The notes beneath the pieces are model-generated. The model ran no database searches. It saw nothing but the letters and a program-made list of their open reading frames with translations, and was not told where the DNA came from. DNA of 12,837 bases, taken from NCBI GenBank assembly GCA_965233585.1, contig CBDDTI010000678.1, positions 1 to 12,837 of the forward strand, read 5' to 3'. The translations under genes were made by a program, and so were the position numbers. The stretch comes from a bacterium (GTDB taxonomy: Bacteria > SAR324 > NAC60-12). This document shows, one piece after another, positions 1 to 7,604 of this stretch. How positions within the stretch are numbered: the stretch's first letter is position 1; every line of letters begins with the position of its first letter.

Positions 1-308
1 CTTTCTCATTAGGCGTTCCTTTTGAGTTATAATACCATTTTGATTGTAATTCCCGTCATTTAATCAATGCTCTATTAGAGTCCATTAACATTGTATGCCT
101 CTCTTTGTTCATGTTTAATAAAACAAGATTTGTTTAATATATTAAGATGAAGTTGTTGTCGTTTTTCCCGCAACGGCGAAAGCGCCGCGGTTGGCCGACC
201 GAGAAAATTTCTCGCCATTTCAAGGTGCAGCCACTTGGAAAAATTTACATGGCTTAAAAAACAATTATGCACTGTAGTAGGACTTGAATTATACACTTAA
301 CTTAATAG

Positions 309-491
309 CGAGGAGCCTCAGTCAACGAAGAAGATACATGTGAAAAAAGCCCTCCAGAAAAACAACACGAGCGGAGTGAATTTAGAAGCTCAAGGAAGAG
401 AATGAGCGCCTTAAAAATGCATACAGTAAGGAGCAAGGAAACGCAGCGACACTTACTCAAGAGAACAATTGCTTCCGTAATTAAATGCAAG
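309..491 (+). pseudogene. Pseudo-exon A, coiled-coil-like: EEPQSTKKIHVKKALQKNNTSGVNL/KLKEENERLKNAYSKEQGNAATLTQENNCFRN*MQ
   Basis: ttaatag| acceptor and G|gttggt donor (phase 1); frameshift near 385 and in-frame TAA at 482-484; heptad-like composition. Confidence 0.5.
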
Positions 492-1052
492 GTTGGTAGC
501 ATAAGAGCATGAGCAAGTCACTGGCTTCTAACCAGGGCACTGTAATGGCTTCTTTTGTTCTTGAAGCGATAAAAAAATTATCCCTCACCATACATGCATA
601 CACGTAATGGAATATGCCTAAAAAGGCTTTTCAGCGTCAGTATCAAAAGTTTAACATACGGAAAATGCTGTTCTAGTTGACACAACTCTACTTAAAAGAA
701 TAAACTTATGGATTTTTAATAAAAACAGAGAGCCAGATCGGTATGAAGTACTCCTGGGTTAAACGTGTAAGGTGTAATCGAAGTATTGTTGCAACATGAA
801 ATCAAAAAAACAATACTTGGGATTTAACATGGCAACTTCATGAATCTGATTGTCGGAAAAACAGGAACATTAGTGAATGAAAATTTCCGAATGAAAAGAA
901 AAGAATGAAAAAAAAAACAAAAAACTATCATGTTTGTCTTAAATAGCACTTTCCTTAGAGGTATAATAGGTATCTATCATCAAAATAATTACATTAGACC
1001 TTTACAATACCACATACAGATATCATGCAGTAGAATGCTAACTTAAATGTAG

Positions 1053-1205
1053 CTAGATTACAACATGACAGCAGAGTTGAGGAGCTTCAACAAGTCAATG
1101 CAAACCTACTGCAGAAAACACAAGTTAATAACACCTTGTTTCAACTGCCAAGTTGTGCATCACCAGAGTCTTTACTCCATCCATTCCGATCATGTGACAG
1201 AACAT
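1053..1205 (+). pseudogene. Pseudo-exon B: (A)RLQHDSRVEELQQVNANLLQKTQVNNTLFQLPSCASPESLLHPFRSCDRT
   Basis: CTAAC branch-like motif at 1038-1042, AG at 1051-1052, open frame 2, |gtaaaa at 1206. Phase 1-1 matches both neighbouring exons, although the literal junction codon with exon C would read T|GA. Confidence 0.45.
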
Positions 1206-1509
1206 GTAAAATTAATATCTTATTCAAAAACACACAAACAAGTCACTTTTTGCAAAACCCAATAGAGGCTTCAGATTAAATATGGGATGTAAACCGTATC
1301 TCCCTGTTTTGAGTGAACCATCACTCTGGGCTCATAAAAAAAAAAATCACTCTGGGCTCATAACAGATTTTAACTATTGATCACACACATGCTAATAAAC
1401 GAAAACAGGACTCGAGTGCTAAACTATTTTTAATGAAGTAATCAAGATAATTGTACTCAATTGATACAGTTTAATATACTGTACATCAAAATGCTCTGAA
1501 CATTTGTAG

Positions 1510-1773
1510 GAGAACCAGCATTCAGTAAACATGCCCAACAGTTTCATAGAGCCCTGACAAAGCACTATTCACAGGGGGGGGCAAACACCTCTTTGATCCC
1601 AGCTGAAAGGGAAGCTTTCTGTGATCAGCATGCTCCTGGATTGTTTGGACACCTCTACAAAAGCATTGTAAATGATGAAAAGGAGAAGCCCTCCCAAAAA
1701 GTGCCTGGAAATTCAAAATACCGGTACAAGAGTTGTGTCAATGTTACACAATCTCAGTTTCTTTTGCAATCAT
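1510..1773 (+). pseudogene. Pseudo-exon C: EPAFSKHAQQFHRALTKHYSQGG...AEREAFCDQHAPGLFGHLYKSIVNDEKEKPS/KKCLEIQNTGTRVVSMLHNLSFFCNH
   Basis: tttgtag| acceptor; frame 3 open to ~1695, then a frameshift to frame 1; |gtaaaa donor at 1774, phase 0. Confidence 0.62.
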
Positions 1774-1922
1774 GTAAAAGTCACATATATGTGCTTTTTG
1801 TTCCTATGGAAAACTCCAATGCTATTGTTCTTGCACTGATAGAAGGTCAATCCCCCATCTTATTGAAGAGTAAAATTGACAGCACCAGTTGCAAAATATC
1901 TACACTTGTTCAGACAATAATT

Positions 1923-2174
1923 AACAATTATTCACTGAAGTGGAGGTAAATATCCACCACTTTCACAGACACTGAGGTGAATAATTGTTTTAATATGTAC
2001 TACACAAGCTGAATACTAGCGGCCCAAAGAGTAACTTTAGTTGTGACAATATACCGACAAAAGCCATTTTGTTTTTCTTCTGCTGCTCAGAGGTGAATAG
2101 TACTTGGCTAATCACCTCCGAGCTATCCAATCAGCACGCGCAGAAAGCACTATTCACTTGTGTGGTATATACTA
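1923..2174. mobile_element. Small non-autonomous element made of two successive inverted-repeat pairs
   Basis: Perfect IR AACAATTATTCAC 1923-1935 / GTGAATAATTGTT 1977-1989; imperfect IR 1991-2015 / 2151-2174; flanking ATAATT direct repeat (1917-1922, 2175-2180). Resembles a common coral interspersed repeat (recalled). Confidence 0.7.
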
Positions 2175-2270
2175 ATAATTATGTTTACTTAGTATTTTAC
2201 CACAGACATTTCAGCGGAAGAAGACTGTTATGCTAAAAGAGCTTGTAAAACATTTGTGTCTGTGTGCTAG

Positions 2271-2456
2271 AAAAACTGTCCCATCCAAAAGGCAAATGGT
2301 TTAAATCTGAAAATGAAAGGAGCCAGTTACAGCTTCTTGATGTCTGGAATGATTCTTGGGTTCAGGTGCCACCCACAGACAATACTTAACTATGAAAAGA
2401 CATTGGCAGAAGCTAACAAGACAGAAGTACAAAAACAAATAAAGGAAGCCATAAAA
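2271..2456 (+). pseudogene. Pseudo-exon D: KNCPIQKANGLNLKMKGASYSFLMSGMILGFRCHPQTILNYEKTLAEANKTEVQKQIKEAIK
   Basis: tgtgtgctag| acceptor and |gtgaga donor; 186 nt, fully open, phase 0-0. Confidence 0.72.
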
Positions 2457-2488
2457 GTGAGATTATTACAATAAAGCACATTAAATGA

Positions 2489-2570
2489 TTTTTATTATTT
2501 TTTATTATTATTTTATTATATTTTATTTTTATAATAATAATAATAATAATAAAAATTAAATAAAAATTGA
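2489..2570. repeat. Inverted AT-rich microsatellite: degenerate (TTA)n followed by (ATA)n
   Basis: A T-rich half switches to an A-rich half at 2530/2531. Confidence 0.8.
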
Positions 2571-2771
2571 AATAAAAGAAAAGAATTACATTAAATGTTA
2601 GTCTGAGCCAGCCACTTTTTTGTTATTTCCACCTTGTTCTCAACTTAGAAGACAGAACAATGTGTCATAGATCACAACATATTATTGCTCAATCAATGAT
2701 TGTAGACAGTAGATGAGTCTTCTTTGCATTATAACAACTGAAAAGTACAATGTTTCACCTGCAATTTGCAT

Positions 2772-3269
2772 AATAGAAAGTTCATGCTCTTCATCGAGGA
2801 TGACATTCATTTCGTCCATGCCAAGCACCATCCCACAAGTTCTGTAACAAGTACCACTTGGCATATGTGCACTGCGGTTGTGGATGTACATGACAAAATG
2901 GAAGCAGTTGATTTGGGAGACAATATCACTAAGAATCACAGCTGAGCAATGTTCAAGTGACCATGAAGAATGGCTCAGTCCGACCTTGTCGAGGGGGTAT
3001 TGACATTCAGCAACTCCTTGATTTTGTATTAGTTGAAAATGGAAATTATTACTGCCAAAGCTTCCTTCAACATCTCCCTCTGCAATTCAAAGAGTTGCCA
3101 TGGTTTTCATAATTTTCCACTGTCATAATAATTACAACAAGGCAACCCTGTGTCAGCTAAGTGATCTCCTTTTCCACCTCACTGATAATCCAGGCATGGC
3201 ACATAATTTTCAGAACCACCCTGAAGTTTTCACCAAGAAGGTTGAAATCCTTCACTCTGTTTTTAGAAG
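2772..3269 (+). pseudogene. Pseudo-exon E, apparently two catalytic-region segments fused by a deletion near 3091
   Basis: Frame 3: NRKFMLFIEDDIHFVHAKHHPTSSVTSTTWHMCTAVVDVH... to a stop at 2943. Frame 2: NVQVTMKNGSVRPCRGGIDIQQLLDF...HLPLQFK. Frame 1 from 3091: RVAMVFIIFHCHNNYNKATLCQLSDLLFHLTDNPGMAHNFQNHPEVFTKKVEILHSVFRR, then AG|gtag. The acceptor appears mutated (ttgcat). Confidence 0.7.
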
Positions 3270-3462
3270 GTAGCTACATTTGTAGATTGCAACTGTTTAA
3301 GAAACTGTACTTTTCAAATGAGACTTAAAAAGAAACAATGAATTGCCTAAAAACTGTAAAAAAAATTTATGCCACCACAGGTAAATTGTTGAAATTAACT
3401 CAAAAAACAATTCTAAAAATCTGTCAAAATAATTTTTAATAATCTTCTGGTTTAACACATGA

Positions 3463-3651
3463 CTGCCCATGCCTTGAGAGACAGATGACACCACACTGAA
3501 TTTCAACAATGGTTTGTACCAGAGTACCAACATGGAGGAGGAAGGCAAAATAGCTCTTAAGACTGCAGAATGTCTTGCTGACCTCTTTGCAGTTGTGTGG
3601 AACACTGTTAAACAGACTGCAAAAGTTCCAAATGGATCACGAAAATATCAG
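3463..3651 (+). pseudogene. Pseudo-exon F: ...ETDDTTLNFNNGLYQSTNMEEEGKIALKTAECLADLFAVVWNTVKQTAKVPNGSRKYQ
   Basis: Frame 1 is open 3478-3651 and ends at CAG|gtgac. GC-richer than its flanks; 5' boundary uncertain. Confidence 0.58.
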
Positions 3652-3837
3652 GTGACCTAATGAATTTTCTTGCTGAATAACATAATTTTTCTGTGTATTA
3701 AGCAAAATAAAATGGTTGTTGTTGTAATATTTTCATTTGAAAAATGGGACATCTAACGTAACTCTGAATTTAATGATGTAGCTCCCATGCCATAAATATT
3801 CAGTTAAAGGTTTTTTGTCCTGTGTAATTTTCATTAG

Positions 3838-5287
3838 CATACTTGGAAATGAAATCAAGGACCACGTCATCCTCGGAAACCCAGGGGCTACTAGCCGAGA
3901 CGATGCGATATTTTTGGGCGAAAGTTTACTTCAAGTGCTGAAGAGCCCCTGGGAACTTATTCTTACCGAACCAGTTCCAGAAATGGTCAAATTCCGTTCC
4001 GCTGATTGGGCAGAAAAATATTTTTCTGCCCAATCAGCGAGGAGCTCTAGCCGGGTAACTCTGTCCCTTCCTTACACGAAGCAGTTTTCTTCATCGATCG
4101 GCCTAGTTGCTTGGCCCGTACAACGGGAAGGTTGTCGTGGAGAGTTTCAGAAAAAAATATTCAACGAAGCCGAGGAAATCGCAAGCCTTAACATTGGGGG
4201 TAGGAACCAATAATCCTCCATCGATTTTCTCGGCGGATTTATCGAAAGTATATCGTAATTTTTATAGGTAATGTACGCGATTTCTACACTGTTGTTTTTG
4301 GTTGCGGAGAAAGGTAGTCGAGTACCCAAGGTTACTTCTTAAATCTCCGCGATCGTTGAATAGCTTCTGAAACTTTGCACGATATGCAAATCGCCGTTGC
4401 ACGGGCCACACAACTATGTCGACCCAACGTGGGAGCGATCGGCTAATTACGGTGCACGCACCTGCTTTTCTTGTTCTTGATATCGCGTGAAACCAAAAAT
4501 GCCTTAGCAATATGACTAGTAACTGAGTTGGGCGTAAATTCGAGAAAAACCTCCAAACGGCCCTTAAAGAAAGCTTGACTTTGTTTCCCGTAGATTAATT
4601 GAAAGCGGAGCACGGAGCAAAGACTTCTAGATAAGAAGAATTTAGTCATATGCAAATTAGTGGCGGGGTATGGCCACTCATGTCAATTGTTGAGGACCAT
4701 TTAAGTTTGACGCGATAGCAAAGACAAGAAAAGGTGCGTGCAATGTAATTAGCCAATCGTTCCCACGTTCGGTCGATGTAGTTGCGTGGCCCCTGCAATG
4801 GCGATAAAAATTTACGATATACTTTCAATAAATCCCCCGAGAAAATTGACGGAAGAGTATTGGTTCCTAGCTCCCATGTTAAAGCTTGCAATTTCCTCGG
4901 CTTCGTTTTTAAATTTTTTTCTATAACTCTCCAAGACAACCTTCCCGTTGTACGGGCCATGCAACTACTAGGTCGATCGATGAAGAAAACTGCGTCGTGT
5001 AAGAAGGCGACAGAGCTACCCGGCTAGAGCTCCTCGCTGATTGGGCAGAAAAATATTTTTCTGCCCAATCAGTGGAATGGAATTTGACCATTTCTGGAAC
5101 TGGTTCCGTAAGAATAAGTTCCCAGGGGCTCTTCAGCACTTAAAGTAAACTTTTGCTCGAAAATATCGCATCGTCCCAGCTAGTAGCCCCTGGGTTTCCG
5201 AGGATGGGACCACGTCAAAAACAAGGCCATCCCCTCCTTCAGAGGAAAATTGAACACCACTGAACAACTATCCACCGCAATGAAGAA
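3838..5287 (+). pseudogene. Pseudo-exon G, interrupted by the foldback element; reconstructed ILGNEIKDHVKNKAIPSFRGKLNTTEQLSTAMK(K)
   Basis: ttttcattag| acceptor. Removing 3868-5215 restores a continuous frame ending AA|gtaaaa (phase 2), which joins the phase-2 acceptor at 5452/5453. Confidence 0.65.
3868..5206. mobile_element. Non-autonomous foldback DNA transposon, 1339 bp, with a 9-bp TSD (AcademH- or Mutator-type)
   Basis: Termini CATCCTCGGAAACCCAGGGGCTACTAGC...GCTAGTAGCCCCTGGGTTTCCGAGGATG; TSD GGACCACGT at 3859-3867 and 5207-5215. Inverted arms ~3868-4493 and ~4704-5206; no transposase coding sequence seen. Confidence 0.95.
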
Positions 5288-5452
5288 GTAAAATATGGAT
5301 CTCAAAATAAAGCCATGTAAACGTTTCCCGTAAAATAAATGGAAAAGTGAAATTGAATGGCTCTTGGTGTTCGACAGCTTTTAGTGTTTCGTGCATGTAC
5401 TTACTCGAACGAGTGACCTTCTAATTTTTCATTCATTTCCATTGATTTCCAG

Positions 5453-5804
5453 GTATCTCAGTGGCGATGCCAGTGACAGTGACTCCGGAGAAGACTGTGC
5501 AGATGACGACAATGATGAGCCAGAAAAGAACTCAAATACAAAATCTGAAAGTCGAGAGAACGAGAAGTTTGACGAATCCGACTACCGGAAAAAGGCTGAT
5601 AGTCTCAAAGCAAAGTCTACGGAGCATTTCCGAATTTTAAAGGAAACGAATCTAGAGATCTTTCCAGTGTACCCAGTGTACCTAATTTACATGTCAAGAA
5701 CCTGGATGCGGAAAGATCTGTTTATCGTCACGCCAGAAAACATCAACGTGGTGTCGGCAAACAACTGCAAGCCATTAATTTCATGCTGTTCCTCAGGAAC
5801 CTAA
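5453..5804 (+). pseudogene. Terminal pseudo-exon H with acidic tract YLSGDASDSDSGEDCADDDNDEPEKNS...
   Basis: Long polypyrimidine tract and tttccag| acceptor; in frame with ORF 5391..5804; TAA at 5802-5804. The true C-terminal frame after ~5680 is uncertain. Confidence 0.62.
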
Positions 5805-5826
5805 TCTTTCTTCGTAAGCTCCCGTT

Positions 5827-5832
5827 AATAAA
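5827..5832 (+). promoter_or_regulatory. Candidate polyadenylation signal AATAAA of the pseudogene
   Basis: Canonical hexamer about 22 nt after the TAA at 5802-5804. The AT-rich background makes a chance match possible. Confidence 0.35.
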
Positions 5833-6005
5833 ACTGCAAATATACTGACAAACTGGCTAAGCAAAAGGCAACAACAGCTCAAAACACCATTCAATCCATT
5901 CAATGGCCACTCTAATTCGCGCTTCCAAACCCCGCAGTAAGTCAGCGGTCAACGTTTTGCGCATGTGTCCTTTAAAAAATCCTCAGCCAATCAGCGGTTT
6001 TTGAG

Positions 6006-6841
6006 ACCTGTCATCTTTGTCTTGATCATGGACTTAAGGTCATGTGGCACAAATGACAGAAGACACAGCTTGAGATGGAAGATCACATCACACCTAGAAG
6101 ACCTGGACTATGCTGATGATTTTGCTCTAATCTCAAGCACATTTGCTGACCTCCAGGAGAAGACCAATAGACTAGCAACCCACGAAAAACAAAGCTGCTT
6201 AGGATGAACCATAGATGCACAAACTACATCAAGATAGCAGGAGAGGAGGTGGAAGATGTGGAATCCTTCATGTACGTAGGTTAAGTACTTGACAAACTTG
6301 GTGGCGCAGAAGTAGACATCAAGAGGCAACTAGCACTAGCAAGAACTGCATTTACCAGACTTCAGAACATCTTGAGGTCAGGCAGATTCAGGCAGAAGAT
6401 CGAGTTGGCATCCTGAACTCAAACGTCCTGTCTGTGTGGAGCCAAAATGTGGAGGGTGACAGCAACTGATCTCAACAAACTGGACATGTCTCACTACACT
6501 TGGTTGAGGAGAGTGCTGAGGAGATTCTAGCCCAACCATCTGAGCAATGAAGAGCTGTATGAAGCCACAGGCAGTACGCTGGTGACCGTCCTCATATGAG
6601 TGAGAAGATGGTGATGGTTAGGGCATGTATTGAGGAAAAGTCCTGACTGCACTGGCATGGGCACCTGAAGGTAAGAGGAGGCGACGTTGACCAAGAGAGA
6701 CATGGAGAAGGAAAGGAACAAACTCGAATAGCATACACGGAAAGCTGCCGTTGCATCGGCTTCGGACTAGGATGGATGGCGTGATCTTGTGGCCGGCCTC
6801 AAGAGTCCTCATGGGCCCAATGAGGATAAGTGAGTGAGTGA
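6006..6841 (+). mobile_element. 5'-truncated, decayed non-LTR retrotransposon (RTE-clade-like LINE), RT C-terminal half
   Basis: PVIFVLIMD...LEDLDYADDFALIS (YADD at 6109-6120), then EDVESFMYVG, DIKRQLALARTAF, HLSNEELY, WLGHVLR and WAPEG across frameshifts and stops. Ends GAGGATAAGTGA with a (GTGA)3 tail at 6830-6841. No TSD found. Confidence 0.9.
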
Positions 6842-7190
6842 ATAATTTGATAGTAACTATAAAAGAGGGGTACCACTGACTTGTGAAAGAAGTGTTGAAA
6901 GATATAGCAAATGACCGTGAACCATCTTTGCTTGACAACACTGCCTGATCAGCAGACAAACTAATTAATGCAAATTAAAATGACCGATGAGATGCCCAAA
7001 AAAGATCAAACTAATAACATCTCAAACACTACACCATTCAAAGTTAATGACTGACTTGACTTGAAATAGATGATATTAAATGAATCAAGAAAACTCTATA
7101 ATTTAATTGTTACATGTAAGTAACCTATTTGAAAATGCAGAATTACTAACAGTAGGAAAATGAAGTACAACTGTAACACCACCTTCTTAC

Positions 7191-7307
7191 CTTTTTTAGT
7201 TTGTCATTGATAGGGTAGTCATTACTTCTAAAGCTGTCCACTAGTTTTGGAAGAACATTGTTTCTTACATATCGGCAGTTGTTGAGCACAATCAGTAACC
7301 TTTCATC
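7191..7307 (-). CDS. EXOC2: EXOC2 internal exon: DERLLIVLNNCRYVRNNVLPKLVDSFRSNDYPINDKLKK
   Basis: ctttttcag| acceptor and AAG|gtaaga donor; 117 nt, phase 0-0. RLLIVLxNC matches the conserved Sec5/EXOC2 motif EQRLLIVLSNCCY (recalled). The next exon is not found in the window. Confidence 0.92.
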
Positions 7308-7434
7308 CTGAAAAAGATAAGCATATATATGTGCTACCGGTATTGAACTATTCGGAGGTCTGTTTTCTGCAGGCTTATAAACTTGCACAAAAAAGAGAAT
7401 GAGACTAATAGTCTCAAATAAAAACCAAACAAGC

Positions 7435-7525
7435 TACAGTCAAACCTTAGTAAGCGACCACCCAAAATGTCAAGCTGAGGTGGTCACTTACTGGAGGTGG
7501 TTGCTTACAAGAGCTCAGACCATGT
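7435..7525 (+). mobile_element. Left-end fragment of a TA-targeting Tc1/mariner/pogo-type MITE
   Basis: TA|CAGTCAAACCT start; GTAAGCGACCACC (7450-7462) with inverted copies at 7479-7491 and 7496-7508. Right end not found. Confidence 0.6.
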
Positions 7526-7604
7526 AGTGGATCATTTTTTTTAACTACATTACAATCATTTCATTGCATTTGAAAACAGAAACTTTTACATGCATAGCTT
7601 TTAC

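Larger units (their letters stand above)
309..5804 (+). pseudogene. Decayed multi-exon gene, probably an Academ-like (DUF6589-like) DNA-transposon transposase, antisense within an EXOC2 intron
   Basis: Exon-like blocks with splice signals, mostly in compatible phases: 309-491, 1053-1205, 1510-1773, 2271-2456, 2772-3269, ~3463-3651, 3838-3867+5216-5287, 5453-5804. Multiple frameshifts and stops, an internal deletion and a transposon insertion. Motifs include FF(C)NH|KNCPIQKANGLNLKMKGAS, IEDDIHFVH...TWHMCT, NYNKATLCQLSD and KKVEILHSVFRR. Confidence 0.7.

Noticed and set aside
165..230. GC/CpG-rich patch with a small hairpin (200-214) and a minus-strand ATGGCG as a promoter or gene start
   Set aside because: The hairpin stem is only 7 bp and the ORF is short and unrecognisable, so support is insufficient.
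1205..2771. Three apparent G-to-T changes at pseudogene splice junctions (1205, 1773, 2771) as a directed inactivation mechanism
   Set aside because: The ancestral bases are only guessed, and three events are compatible with neutral decay.
3815..5139. Similar ORFs on opposite strands (3815..4213 +, 4921..5139 -, 4262..4510 -, 4646..4960 -) as paralogous genes
   Set aside because: They are translations of the inverted arms of the non-coding foldback element; the similarity follows from the DNA palindrome and the frames break at indels.
5962..5975. GTGTCCT|TTAA as a Kolobok terminus for the pseudogene-bearing element
   Set aside because: The match is short, no partner end is in the window, and the protein motifs do not resemble Kolobok as I recall it.
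5965..6207. ORF with YADD as an active reverse transcriptase or retron-like system
   Set aside because: It is a truncated, frameshifted LINE fragment that lacks the N-terminal RT motifs and the endonuclease.
6860..6960. Possible next EXOC2 exon (end of ORF 6618..6959)
   Set aside because: The translation does not resemble the expected LFE.YIE.K..PIVG segment that I recall from EXOC2.
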